Position numbers and translations under genes: made by a program. 41,460 bases of DNA from a virus (Duplodnaviria > Heunggongvirae > Uroviricota > Caudoviricetes). The notes under the pieces were generated by a model. It ran no database searches. It was not told the origin of the DNA and saw only the letters and a program-made list of their open reading frames with translations. The stretch lies in IMG/VR virus record IMGVR_UViG_2579778753_000003. One strand, given 5' to 3'. Positions 1-8,980 of the stretch are shown here, one piece after another. Position 1 is the stretch's first letter, and every line of letters begins with the position of its first letter.

Positions 1-1005
1 TTAATCCCCCGTGGACACTGCGTGGACACTTACGCCACCTTTCAGCGGATTAAGGGCCACCGCATCCTGCAGGTAATCCGGTGCAAAATGCGCATATGCC
101 ATTGTTTGCTGAATGGTTGCGTGACCAAGAATCTTCTGAAGCGCAATAATGTTTCCTCCGTTCATCACAAAATGGCTGGCGAACGTATGCCGCAGCACAT
201 GTGCAGCCTGGCCTTTTGGTAAATCGGGCTTAACTCTTTTCAGCGCCAGGCAGAATTCCCGGTACTTCACCTCAAACAAGCCGCCTGTTTCTCTGGTTTT
301 GATCGCCTCACAAACTGCCTGCGAAATTGGCACTGTTCTCTTCCGGCCATTTTTGGTTTCAAGAAACGTTACACGGTTATGAACTATCTGTTCACCACGA
401 AGCTTACAAGCTTCACTCCAGCGCGCCCCTGTGCTTAAACACAAAAGCGCAACACGCCAGTAGTCGCCCTCCAGTGTATCGAGCAATAGCGCCACTTCCT
501 TCTGTGACAGGAACGCCATTTCTCGTGGAGATACATAAAGAATAGAAATTCCCCTTACTGGATGTTCTGCATCCCAAAGACCTATTTTTTTCAGCACGGT
601 AAACATTCCGGATAACCGATTCATGTACCTGTTAGCAGATGACGGTTTCAATCCTTCAGCTATCTTTTGAGAACGCCACGCGATAATTTTCAGCTTATCA
701 AGATCCACAGCCTGCATATCAGCGCCAAGCTCATTGATTATGTTGCGCAGTTGTTTTCGGTCTTCTTCCGCCTTACGCCTGTGCTGGCCGTGATACATCC
801 ACCACAACTCAAGCAAATCATTTAGCGTTCGACGATCACGGTAGCCCTGTATATATTCCCGCTTTTCAGCGTTCGCCATGATGTAGCGTTCAGTGGCCAC
901 CGCTACCGATTTTTTGTCAAATACCTTACGCACGCGCTTTCCCTTGCGTCCGTTCGGCCTGATGTCCAGCAAATAACGACCATCTTCGAGCTTCTTAATC
1001 GACAT
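1..1005 (-). CDS. int: Tyrosine integrase, P2 Int-like
   Basis: Begins MSIKKLEDGRYLLDIRPNGRKGKR, with a tyrosine-recombinase C-terminal region (ARWSE...HVLRHTFASHF...GHATIQQTMAYAH); GGAGGG Shine-Dalgarno 9 nt upstream. The ORF track extends to 1020 from an upstream Met. Confidence 0.9.
   Translation of the reverse strand: MSIKKLEDGRYLLDIRPNGRKGKRVRKVFDKKSVAVATERYIMANAEKREYIQGYRDRRTLNDLLELWWMYHGQHRRKAEEDRKQLRNIINELGADMQAVDLDKLKIIAWRSQKIAEGLKPSSANRYMNRLSGMFTVLKKIGLWDAEHPVRGISILYVSPREMAFLSQKEVALLLDTLEGDYWRVALLCLSTGARWSEACKLRGEQIVHNRVTFLETKNGRKRTVPISQAVCEAIKTRETGGLFEVKYREFCLALKRVKPDLPKGQAAHVLRHTFASHFVMNGGNIIALQKILGHATIQQTMAYAHFAPDYLQDAVALNPLKGGVSVHAVSTGD
11..29. repeat. Candidate attL core (left copy of 19-bp direct repeat)
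   Basis: gtggacactgcgtggacac here versus gtggtcactgcgtggacac at 40280-40298 (18/19 identical); flanks diverge on both sides. Lies inside the 3' end of int. Confidence 0.4.
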
Positions 1006-1101
1006 TACGAAGCCCTCCAATGAACCGCTCTACAATTTCTCCAGCCTCTTTCCAGCAATAATCAGACCAGACAAAAAGCAGGTCTAACCAGTTTTCTGGC
1101 C

Positions 1102-1422
1102 TCAGCGGGATAATTTTTGGATTGTTTCGGTTGAAACGCGATCTCCCTCCGAATTGCAGGAACCATCAAGAGAGAGAGCCGGAGAAATTTGCCCGACCTC
1201 CGGCATCGTTTCATCTGTTGATAACCAATAAGCATACTTCTTAAATTTAGGGTGTTTCGTAACCTTAAGTAAGGCACCCTCTGTTACTTGCTTCCCCCTC
1301 ACCTCATAGTTAGTTACCGTCCCATAAGGCAGCCCAACACAATCCGCAAACTCCTGGCGGGTCATACCTTCTGCTTCACGAATCAGGCGAAATTTTTCAC
1401 CCATGCTTGACAAAGATGCCAT
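1102..1422 (-). CDS. C: Immunity repressor, P2 C-like helix-turn-helix protein
   Basis: HTH segment MTRQEFADCVGLPYGTVTNYE and a C-terminal KYAYWLSTDETMPEVGQISPALS resembling P2 C; divergent from cox. Start chosen at the Met with a GGAGGA Shine-Dalgarno; the ORF could extend to 1476. Confidence 0.7.
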   Translation of the reverse strand: MASLSSMGEKFRLIREAEGMTRQEFADCVGLPYGTVTNYEVRGKQVTEGALLKVTKHPKFKKYAYWLSTDETMPEVGQISPALSLDGSCNSEGDRVSTETIQKLSR

Positions 1423-1480
1423 ATCGGGCATATCCTCCATCGCAACATGCCACATCGGGCACAAACATAAAAACACTCAA

Positions 1481-1510
1481 ATAAGCCGATATAAGCCATT
1501 TTGAGCCATT
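1481..1510. promoter_or_regulatory. Candidate repressor operator: three tandem 10-bp direct repeats
   Basis: ataagccgat / ataagccatt / ttgagccatt at an exact 10-bp period in the C-cox switch region, about 25 bp upstream of cox. Confidence 0.4.
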
Positions 1511-1535
1511 CGAACGAATTAGGGAGATTACCACA

Positions 1536-1823
1536 ATGAGCGAATCAGAGCTTGGGGGGTTCATTCAGGTAGCACCATATCCACTTGAAGCGGTGCCATA
1601 TCAACTATTCGCCAAGATGATCGGCCGCAAGGAATCCACAGTCAGAACCATGATTGACGCAGCAAAGCTACCGACAATTGACTTTGTGAAACCAGGTTCA
1701 GTAAAGACGCGTGCATCAGAAAACTGGGTATATCTGCCAGCATTTAACGAAGGCATGCGCAAAGCGTTTTTTGAGCAACCGAAAGAACGCCGCGACGCAT
1801 GGTTGTTGTGGCTGGGACTTTAG
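1536..1823 (+). CDS. cox: Cox-like excisionase / switch regulator
   Basis: PYQLFAKMIGRKESTVRTMIDAAKLPTIDF...NWVYLPAFN...WLLWLGL matches recalled P2 Cox motifs; AGGGAG Shine-Dalgarno. Confidence 0.8.
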   Translation: MSESELGGFIQVAPYPLEAVPYQLFAKMIGRKESTVRTMIDAAKLPTIDFVKPGSVKTRASENWVYLPAFNEGMRKAFFEQPKERRDAWLLWLGL

Positions 1824-1829
1824 TCATAA

Positions 1830-2036
1830 ATGACCAGCCATATCATCAGCGCCATTCTGACCCTTGTTTTTATTGAGATAGGCGTAATAGAGATCTATTT
1901 GTTTCGCAAGTTAACGGGACATGAAGAACGCTTTATTGAACTCAGCATTGAATATATCGCCGCTTATACCAAAGGACTTTTCCCGGCAGCTATTGGGGCG
2001 ATGTTTATAGCGTTTGTTATCTGGTTTATCGGGTGA
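1830..2036 (+). CDS. Small hydrophobic (membrane) protein, unknown function
   Basis: 68-aa ORF with two hydrophobic segments, starting 7 nt after the cox stop. Confidence 0.5.
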   Translation: MTSHIISAILTLVFIEIGVIEIYLFRKLTGHEERFIELSIEYIAAYTKGLFPAAIGAMFIAFVIWFIG

Positions 2037-2075
2037 GAAACCTGACAACCCACAACTACTGCAATGAGGGTAATT

Positions 2076-2183
2076 ATGTGTGGCATGGACAAATTGGACC
2101 TTATGTTAATTGTAATACTATCAATTAACTTCGGTTACCTCTTAAGCGGCGCAATTCTCATGTGCGGAGGCAAACGAAAATGA
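2076..2183 (+). CDS. Small ORF (35 aa), hydrophobic peptide
   Basis: MCGMDKLDLMLIVILSINFGYLLSGAILMCGGKRK, with a GAGGG Shine-Dalgarno; not in the ORF track because it is under 60 aa. Confidence 0.25.
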   Translation: MCGMDKLDLMLIVILSINFGYLLSGAILMCGGKRK

Positions 2184-2287
2184 ACCAGCAGTCCGCAAAA
2201 CGTGAAAACAATGCGATGCGATTTAATCGCAAATATTTTGAGTTCGGCCTCTATGCCGGAATAATTAAATCTGTACAGAGTCTTTAA
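2180..2287 (+). CDS. Small ORF (35 aa)
   Basis: MNQQSAKRENNAMRFNRKYFEFGLYAGIIKSVQSL; GGAGG Shine-Dalgarno; ATGA overlap with the previous ORF, and the next gene starts 1 nt after its stop. Confidence 0.25.
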   Translation: MNQQSAKRENNAMRFNRKYFEFGLYAGIIKSVQSL

Positions 2288-2288
2288 C

Positions 2289-2630
2289 ATGAAACAGCAA
2301 CGTAATTCACGCTTTCGCAATGGTGCAGAACGCCACGCTAACCGTTTTGCTACCAGTGCATCACGCAGCAACATCCGCTACAGCCTGAGTGATACACACG
2401 CAACGCCGGATGGCTACCCAGTAAAACAAATCGGCGAGCATGCCTGGCTGATTGAGAAAGCTGGAATCGTGATCCACAAATGCCCACGCAATCCGTTTAC
2501 CGGAAACCGCATTTTTGCTCTAAGCAGTGGCGACAATCAGTTCGGGCAGGATTTCACATTATACGAAGCACTTCGCACGGTTGATCGTCTGCTTCGCGGG
2601 CAAAGTTTTATTAAACAGGCTGATTTATAA
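2289..2630 (+). CDS. Hypothetical early-operon protein
   Basis: 113-aa ORF in the tightly packed early operon between cox and the replication gene. Confidence 0.55.
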   Translation: MKQQRNSRFRNGAERHANRFATSASRSNIRYSLSDTHATPDGYPVKQIGEHAWLIEKAGIVIHKCPRNPFTGNRIFALSSGDNQFGQDFTLYEALRTVDRLLRGQSFIKQADL

Positions 2631-2640
2631 CAGGTGCTTT

Positions 2641-2928
2641 ATGACCAAAGACCATGCACAAGGTGTATTTATCCGTTTTATTGATTTTCGCGGTGAACTG
2701 TTATTACGTGCATCCGCTATTGACGGAGTGACTCCGGCGGGTAAAAACGGAGCCGACGAAGCCACTTACGTTTATCTGAACGGCACGCGACTGCTTGTGG
2801 AACTTCCGTACCAGACCGTACGAGAAATCATTAGCGAAGCTGAAAAGGCACGCCAGGTTAATGGCGATGAACCCTATATCGAAATTATTTGTATGGATTC
2901 AGAAGCTGAAATACAGAAAGCAGATTAA
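2641..2928 (+). CDS. Hypothetical early-operon protein
   Basis: ATG at 2641 (MTKDHAQGVF...); the longer track ORF from 2527 overlaps the upstream gene. Confidence 0.55.
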   Translation: MTKDHAQGVFIRFIDFRGELLLRASAIDGVTPAGKNGADEATYVYLNGTRLLVELPYQTVREIISEAEKARQVNGDEPYIEIICMDSEAEIQKAD

Positions 2929-2936
2929 AGGGCGTT

Positions 2937-3182
2937 GTGATGGGCAAAGAATATAAAACTCTCATTAACAAAGCACTTGAGCGTTTTTATTTTCGCTTAA
3001 GTGCATCAGGCGCTCATGCTGAACGTGCGGCCCGTGACTCATTGACCAGAGCAATCCGAAGTCTGTATGACGTGGCTTTTTACGCTGATGATCTGGATGC
3101 ACTTAACGAACTTTCCGAGCTGATCTGTGCCGCAGAATGCGGGGAACATATTGAACCGTATAAGCTGGGGAATATCGCATGA
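2937..3182 (+). CDS. Hypothetical early-operon protein
   Basis: 81-aa ORF, co-oriented and tightly spaced. Confidence 0.5.
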   Translation: MMGKEYKTLINKALERFYFRLSASGAHAERAARDSLTRAIRSLYDVAFYADDLDALNELSELICAAECGEHIEPYKLGNIA

Positions 3183-3292
3183 GTATATTTATCTCATGGC
3201 TTGTTCTGATTATTTCGGTGGCCTGCGCTATTGGGATTATGCGAATTATTCATTCAATAAAAAAGATTGAACGCTTTTTCACTGGCGAATAA
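3179..3292 (+). CDS. Small hydrophobic ORF (37 aa)
   Basis: MSIFISWLVLIISVACAIGIMRIIHSIKKIERFFTGE; ATGA overlap with the preceding stop. Confidence 0.3.
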   Translation: MSIFISWLVLIISVACAIGIMRIIHSIKKIERFFTGE

Positions 3293-3378
3293 CAGAGCAA
3301 ATAAAACCACAGATTAAATAAGAAAATGTAAAAACAATCCGCATTCGCGGAGGTATTCGCACACGCCAAGGAGGCGTA

Positions 3379-3582
3379 ATGGCAATTAAGCATTTTCCTG
3401 TCGTTCGTTTTACCTCCAGAGGGCGTGAATACGAAGTCGACGAACGCCTGATTACCACAATCGACAAACACCGTTCAGAAAAGGATGCACATCACATCTA
3501 TCTCACTGACGGCACTTACTTCTGCGCCACGAATGTGGTGCGGGTGAACCTTATCCGACAGGTACAGGAGTCACGCAGATGA
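3379..3582 (+). CDS. Hypothetical early-operon protein
   Basis: 67-aa ORF with GGAGG upstream. Confidence 0.5.
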   Translation: MAIKHFPVVRFTSRGREYEVDERLITTIDKHRSEKDAHHIYLTDGTYFCATNVVRVNLIRQVQESRR

Positions 3583-3824
3583 CCATTCTGGACTATATCG
3601 CCGCCAATCCGGGGTGTAGCGGTGGAGAAATCGCCGCAGCACTGAATACCCCAACCACAGCCATTAATGCGGAGTTACGCCGACTCTGGCGCAGCGGTTC
3701 AGTCATAAGAAAAGAGCGCAAAACAGGCGGTCGCTTTTCTTACCAGATAAACCCGATGCCGTTCGGGTGCGGCAATCCACTTACCAACACGTTTAACCAG
3801 CTACTGAAGGAAGCCAGAGCATGA
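3579..3824 (+). CDS. Small winged-helix-like DNA-binding protein (putative)
   Basis: 81-aa ORF; MTILDYIAANPGCSGGEIAAALNTPTTAINAELRRLWRSGSV resembles a winged-helix fold; overlaps neighbours by 4 nt. Confidence 0.5.
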   Translation: MTILDYIAANPGCSGGEIAAALNTPTTAINAELRRLWRSGSVIRKERKTGGRFSYQINPMPFGCGNPLTNTFNQLLKEARA

Positions 3825-4120
3825 GCACCATCAACCACCAGAAGCTACGCGAACTGGCATTTGCCCTGCAACGAATGGCAACGCCTCAAAAATTACTGGC
3901 ATTTCGCGCAATGCTCTCGCCGTCTGCTGTGCTGGCACTGCTGAATGAGCTGGAGCACGCCAGAACCACGGCTCCTGCCATTCGCCTGACGCTCCATCAT
4001 GAAATCGCTGATTTCTGCGCGACGTTGGAGGCGCCGGGCGAACCGGAAACGCCGGAAGCAATACAGCAAGAGCTGCTGCAACGCATTGACAAGGTTTTTG
4101 ATTTTTTTCTGAACCAGTAA
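3821..4120 (+). CDS. Hypothetical early-operon protein
   Basis: 99-aa ORF, translationally coupled to the previous gene. Confidence 0.5.
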   Translation: MSTINHQKLRELAFALQRMATPQKLLAFRAMLSPSAVLALLNELEHARTTAPAIRLTLHHEIADFCATLEAPGEPETPEAIQQELLQRIDKVFDFFLNQ

Positions 4121-4243
4121 GAAACCAGAACATGCACACACAAAAAAACCGCTTGCCATGCCGCAATCAGTCAGGTTACATTTCCGCTGCACCTCATAAA
4201 ACGGGTGCCGGGATTTCCACCCCGCTGACAACTACAGCGCACA

Positions 4244-4263
4244 ACCGCGCCAGCGGTTTTTTT
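4244..4263 (+). terminator. Possible short intrinsic terminator
   Basis: accgc-gcca-gcggt hairpin followed by a T7 run, about 125 nt after the 3821-4120 gene. Confidence 0.3.
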
Positions 4264-4442
4264 GTGCGTACTGTATCGCCACGTCTTTTTCGCACACGAA
4301 TTATGGTGGGGCGTACGGGGCCGACTTCGGTCGGGCCGGGTTCTGTAGTTGCCGGTTGTGGAAACCCTGTACGTCTCACCACCCCGAGTTTTCCACCTCT
4401 GGATGGTGAGTTTTCAAAACTTGCAACTACAGAGGCCACACC

Positions 4443-4673
4443 ATGGCAAACCGCAAACAGCACCGCGCTATCGCGGAGCGTCGTCACATCCAGACTGAAA
4501 TCAACCGCAGACTTTTCCGCGCATCACGCGTCGCGCAAATCATGCACATCAATATGCTGCATGAGCGCAGCCACGCACTATCAAACATCTATTCCGCCGC
4601 TGTTTTCAGCTATCTGGCGGATGATCTGCACGAGCTTCAACAGCTCATCCAGCAGCAAAACAAACTCCATTAA
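4443..4673 (+). CDS. Hypothetical small protein
   Basis: 76-aa ORF (MANRKQHRAIAERRH...), co-oriented with the early operon. Confidence 0.45.
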   Translation: MANRKQHRAIAERRHIQTEINRRLFRASRVAQIMHINMLHERSHALSNIYSAAVFSYLADDLHELQQLIQQQNKLH

Positions 4674-4745
4674 TTCCTGTTCCGGGCCTTTCCTGCACCT
4701 TGCGGCGGGAGGCCTTCGCACATCTGTAACAAGAGGATTGCCGCA

Positions 4746-5111
4746 ATGATTCTCGCCAACGACTTTCTTGAATACCTGCTCAACACAGAGCGTGATCTTG
4801 CCGTTCGCGTGCGTGAACGTTATGACATGTACCTGAAATCCCTGCCTGTACCGCAGCTCGCTGACGGAAAGATTGTTATTGATGGTCGCTACATGATTGA
4901 CAGCCACGAGGGAAATTACAGGCTTTACCGCATTGAAGGTGGCACCCCGTCCGTTATTGGCATTTACCAGCGCCCATCCTCTGCAATCGTCGATGTGATT
5001 GCCGACAGCATCCGCATCACACATCGCCATGCCGACCCAGAAGACACCGTGCTGGAAATTCAGCGGCTGGCTACAGTCTGCCGCGACACCCTGAATGGCA
5101 TGACGAAGTAA
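4746..5111 (+). CDS. Hypothetical protein upstream of replication gene
   Basis: 121-aa ORF ending 7 nt before the replication gene. Confidence 0.55.
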   Translation: MILANDFLEYLLNTERDLAVRVRERYDMYLKSLPVPQLADGKIVIDGRYMIDSHEGNYRLYRIEGGTPSVIGIYQRPSSAIVDVIADSIRITHRHADPEDTVLEIQRLATVCRDTLNGMTK

Positions 5112-5117
5112 ATCACT

Positions 5118-7940
5118 ATGACGGCAGAGTACATCAGGGACTGGCAACAACCGCGCCACGCAGTGGGGCGTGAAGGAACGGGGATCCCCGCTCCTGAATC
5201 CGCACTTTCCTCCTGGCTGGATGCCTACCGGGTAGAGAACGAGCGCCGCCAGGAAATGGCTGATGCGGCGTTCTCCGCCACGCCGCTGGGCAACCTGATT
5301 AATAAAAGCCTGGACGCACAGGAAAAACAGGACAAAACCATCACACTGGCAGGAGACGCCAGAAAACAGGCACGCGGCGCAGTGGATGAAGCCATGGCCT
5401 CGCTGCGCCTGCTGCCGTCCTATCTGCGCGATCCGCTTATTCGCCACCTCTCCTTCCTGCGCAAAAAACAGGAAGCCGATCGCCGGAAAGGCAAAAAGAG
5501 CTGGCAGGCGGAACGCTATGCACGCGGAACCCTGCGCAAAATATTCGAACGTCTGGACCGCACCGATCACCGCTGGCTGACACCGGGTTATCGCTCCCTT
5601 GCCGGACGCGAACGCCTGGACGATTTGCTTTACCTGCCGCAGCTCAACAAACACCAGATACAGACGCTGGCCACCATGACGGCGGCGATGTTCAGCAGCA
5701 CCTTCGAAAAACTCTGCGATGGCTTTGGCGCGACCGATGGCGAGCTGACCATGGATGTAACGCTGAAGGCGTATCAGATGCTGGCCCGCATGGCGTTACA
5801 CCTGCACGCCATGCCTCCACATTATGACGCACTGACAACAGACAAAGACCGGAGGAACGAACCAGACACGGAGCTGCTGCCGGGCGCAATCCTTCGCCTG
5901 ACCTGTGCGGAATGGTGGAAACGCAAACTGTGGCTGTTACGTTGCGAGTGGCGGGAAGAACAACTCCGCGCCGCCTGTCTGGTTTCCAGAAAAACATCGC
6001 CCTATCTGAGCCAGGACGCGTTAAGCGAGTTTCGCGCACAGCGCGAGAAAACACGCGATTTCCTGAAAAGTTTCATGCTGGAAAATGAAGACGGGTTCAC
6101 GATTGATCTCGAGACGGTGTATTACGCGGGAGTAAGTAACCCGGTTCACCGTAAGGCAGAAATGATGGCCACCATGAAGGGACTGGAACTTCTGGCCGAA
6201 GCCCGTGGCGACAGAGCGGTGTTTCTGACCGTCACCTGCCCGTCAAAATACCACGCAACAACGGAGAACGGTCATCCGAACCCCAAATGGAACGGGGCCA
6301 CCATGCGCGACTCTAGCGATTACCTGGTTAACACGTTTTTTGCGGCGGTCCGCAAAAAACTGAACCGCGACGGCCTGCGCTGGTATGGCATCCGCACGGT
6401 GGAGCCTCACCATGACGGCGCTGTGCACTGGCATATGATGGTCTTTGCACATCCGGACGAGATTGAAACCATCGTGTCCCACGTCTGCGATATTGCCATT
6501 CAGGAGGACCGCCACGAGCTGGGCGATGACATAACTCCGCGTTTTAAGGCGGAGTATGTCGACGGCTCAAAAGGCACACCAACCAGCTACATCGCCACCT
6601 ACATCGGAAAGAACCTGGACAGCCGCGCCGTGGATGGCATCGACCCGAAAACGGGCAAGCCACGCGTTGACCACGAAACCGGAAAATCAATGGCCGAGAG
6701 CGTGGAGCGCGCCATCGGCTGGGCGCGCCTTCACCGGGTCCGTCAGTTCCAGTTCTTTGGCATCCCCTCCCGTCAGGTGTGGCGTGAACTGCGCCGCCTT
6801 GCCAGCCAGATGGCACGCAATCCGGAAGGCCCGCAACGGCTGAAAGATGATGCAATGGATGCGGTACTCGCTGCCGCCGATGCCGGGTGTTTTGCCACCT
6901 ACATTGAAAAACAGGGTGGCGTGCTTGTTCCACGCAAGGACTACCTGATTCGCACCGCCTACGACCTCGCAGATGAGCTGAACGATTACGGCGAACAGAG
7001 CGTACAGATTTACGGGATCTGGTCACCACTCATCGGGGAATCCTCCCGTGTGTGCACGCATCCGGATAACTGGAAGTTGGTAAGACGTAAACCAGAACCA
7101 GAAGACAACGCCCACGAAAATGGTTTTGACCTTCAGGGCGGCCCTGCCGCCCCTTGGACTCGTGGCAATAACTGTCCCCGTGTACAGGAAACGGACAACA
7201 ACGGGACAGAACAGCCGGAAGAACGGCCAGCACCGTGGCCGCAGCTCCCTGACGGCGTTGAAGTGAACGAATGGATGCGCTCACTGAAACGACACGAACG
7301 CCGGGCGCTGATGCGTTCGCTTCGTGACAAACAGGCAAAAAACAGCAGCGATGAAATGCAGAGCTGGACACAGAGCCGCAAACAGCAGCGGCCTTTGCCT
7401 GATAACCACGAATTACTCGCTAAAGAATGGCGGGAGTCTGCTGAATCTCTCGGCCTGCATATCGGTGAACAACAGATGCAGCACCTGTTACGGGGCGGCA
7501 GTCTGTACGTTGACGGCAGCATCATTGCACCGCAGGGATTTGAAATTGTACGCAAACCGGATACCCGCCCGGACAGCCGAATCACGCAGCTCTGGCAGCG
7601 CCTGAGCCGTAATCACGGCGTAAGCAGCACGGAGATCCGCCATAACCCGGTCTCCAGCTATCTGGCACAGCTCGGGGCATCAGACCCCGAAGCCGCCGCA
7701 CGCCTGGCATCCACACTTCAGCAGGTCCAGAACACCATGAAAACACCCGTTACCGTGCTTTCTGACATGCTGCGCGCCATTCGTGACGCAGAGCACGCAC
7801 AGAGAATCAGAGAAACCACTGAACGCGCCCGCCGCAAAGCAAACCTGCTGAGGGCTGGCCTGACCAGTGGAAACAAAAAACAGACAGAAACGGGATTCAC
7901 AAATCCCGTAAATGAGCAAAAAACGCGCCGCGATATATGA
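5118..7940 (+). CDS. Rolling-circle replication initiator (HUH endonuclease, P2 gpA-like)
   Basis: 940-aa ORF with an HUH-type motif (GAVHWHMMVFAH) and a paired-tyrosine motif (TSYIATYIGKN). It is longer than the 761 aa recalled for P2 gpA. Confidence 0.8.
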   Translation: MTAEYIRDWQQPRHAVGREGTGIPAPESALSSWLDAYRVENERRQEMADAAFSATPLGNLINKSLDAQEKQDKTITLAGDARKQARGAVDEAMASLRLLPSYLRDPLIRHLSFLRKKQEADRRKGKKSWQAERYARGTLRKIFERLDRTDHRWLTPGYRSLAGRERLDDLLYLPQLNKHQIQTLATMTAAMFSSTFEKLCDGFGATDGELTMDVTLKAYQMLARMALHLHAMPPHYDALTTDKDRRNEPDTELLPGAILRLTCAEWWKRKLWLLRCEWREEQLRAACLVSRKTSPYLSQDALSEFRAQREKTRDFLKSFMLENEDGFTIDLETVYYAGVSNPVHRKAEMMATMKGLELLAEARGDRAVFLTVTCPSKYHATTENGHPNPKWNGATMRDSSDYLVNTFFAAVRKKLNRDGLRWYGIRTVEPHHDGAVHWHMMVFAHPDEIETIVSHVCDIAIQEDRHELGDDITPRFKAEYVDGSKGTPTSYIATYIGKNLDSRAVDGIDPKTGKPRVDHETGKSMAESVERAIGWARLHRVRQFQFFGIPSRQVWRELRRLASQMARNPEGPQRLKDDAMDAVLAAADAGCFATYIEKQGGVLVPRKDYLIRTAYDLADELNDYGEQSVQIYGIWSPLIGESSRVCTHPDNWKLVRRKPEPEDNAHENGFDLQGGPAAPWTRGNNCPRVQETDNNGTEQPEERPAPWPQLPDGVEVNEWMRSLKRHERRALMRSLRDKQAKNSSDEMQSWTQSRKQQRPLPDNHELLAKEWRESAESLGLHIGEQQMQHLLRGGSLYVDGSIIAPQGFEIVRKPDTRPDSRITQLWQRLSRNHGVSSTEIRHNPVSSYLAQLGASDPEAAARLASTLQQVQNTMKTPVTVLSDMLRAIRDAEHAQRIRETTERARRKANLLRAGLTSGNKKQTETGFTNPVNEQKTRRDI

Positions 7941-7998
7941 AGCGCGCACAAAACAGGCGAAAGCGGGATTTAAAAATCCCGTAAACGGTTAATTAACC
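7868..7998. repeat. Two ~35-bp imperfect direct repeats, each with a palindromic core; candidate centromere/operator (or origin)
   Basis: cgggattcacaaatcccgtaaa at 7891-7912 (inside the end of the replication gene) and cgggatttaaaaatcccgtaaa at 7964-7985, with similar upstream flanks; ggttaattaacc palindrome at 7987-7998; parM-like start at 8017. Confidence 0.4.
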
Positions 7999-8016
7999 AA
8001 CATAAGGAAAATCGAC

Positions 8017-8976
8017 ATGAAAATTTGTATCGACGACGGCTCCACCAACATCAAGCTGGCATGGACTGAGAATGGCGAACGCCGCAACGCCATCAGCCCG
8101 AACAGCTTCAAGTCGGAATGGTCTGCGCCGTTCGGTGACATGCAGCCCGCGAACTACATGCTTGATGGCGTGCGCTATGGTTTTGATCCGGTCAGCGATC
8201 GCTTTGTCCAGACGACCGACACGCAATACCAGTACAGCGATGTGAATGTAATCGCCATTCATCACGCGCTGGTCAAATCAGGCATCACGCCACAAGAGGT
8301 GGATGTGGTTGTCACCCTGCCACTGAGCGAGTATTTCGAGACAAACGCACAGCCGGACATGGCCAACATCAACCGCAAAAAAGCGAACGTTATGCGCCCG
8401 GTGGAATACCAGAACGGCGAAGCATTCACTATCCGTAACGTGCGGGTTATGCCTGAATCCATTCCGGCTGGCTTTAAAGCACTGGCTGACATGAGTCCGT
8501 TTGAATCCCTGCTGATTGTGGATTTAGGCGGAACCACGCTGGATGTGGCAAAGGTTCAAGGGCAACTGGCAGGTATCAGCCAGGTGTTTTGCGATCCACA
8601 CGTAGGCGTTTCCCTGATGGCCGATGCCGTACTGTCGGTGATGGCCACTAACGGTATGCGCACCAGTCACCACATCGCCAATACCATTATCGAACATCGC
8701 CATGATGAAGCCTGGCTGCGCCAGCACATCCACAATGACGCGCATTACGCCAGCCTGATGGCGGTTATTCGTGAAAAGGAAGAAACACTGAAACAACGCG
8801 TGATCCGCGCGCTGGCGGTTTTTTCGGGTTACGGGCGGGTGATGGTTGTCGGTGGAGGGGCGGAGATTGTGGCACCCGCTATCCGCGAAGTCTGCGGAGT
8901 TAATGCGACTTTCATCGCGGACGGGGTGCCACAGTTTGCTCTGGTTAATGGGCTGTACGCAATGGACAAGGAGTAA
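8017..8976 (+). CDS. parM: Actin-like partition ATPase, ParM/StbA family
   Basis: MKICIDDGSTNIKLAW..., TLPLSEYFETNAQP...RKKANV..., LIVDLGGTTLDVA..., VMVVGGGAE match the recalled ParM/StbA of plasmids R1 and R100. Confidence 0.8.
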   Translation: MKICIDDGSTNIKLAWTENGERRNAISPNSFKSEWSAPFGDMQPANYMLDGVRYGFDPVSDRFVQTTDTQYQYSDVNVIAIHHALVKSGITPQEVDVVVTLPLSEYFETNAQPDMANINRKKANVMRPVEYQNGEAFTIRNVRVMPESIPAGFKALADMSPFESLLIVDLGGTTLDVAKVQGQLAGISQVFCDPHVGVSLMADAVLSVMATNGMRTSHHIANTIIEHRHDEAWLRQHIHNDAHYASLMAVIREKEETLKQRVIRALAVFSGYGRVMVVGGGAEIVAPAIREVCGVNATFIADGVPQFALVNGLYAMDKE

Positions 8977-8980
8977 ACCA

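Noticed and set aside
4264-4442. tRNA-like element in the early-operon gap
   Set aside because: It contains a ggttc segment and stems, but has no canonical cloverleaf, T-loop consensus or anticodon arm; kept only as a generic structured-RNA candidate.
4132-5654. Track ORFs 4132-4749 (+, 205 aa), 4194-4487 (-), 3831-4166 (-), 3893-4231 (-) and the 357-aa minus-strand ORF 4581-5654
   Set aside because: They overlap co-oriented, Shine-Dalgarno-preceded plus-strand genes or span the boundaries of several of them, lack ribosome-binding sites, and have low-complexity, arginine/cysteine-rich translations typical of wrong-frame reading of GC-rich DNA.
5386-7951. Multiple ORFs nested in or antisense to the replication gene (5386-5580, 5692-6054, 6243-6515, 6544-7029, 7030-7371, 7133-7585, 7680-7949 and others)
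   Set aside because: All lie inside the single 940-aa replication ORF, which carries the HUH and tyrosine motifs; these are frame artefacts.
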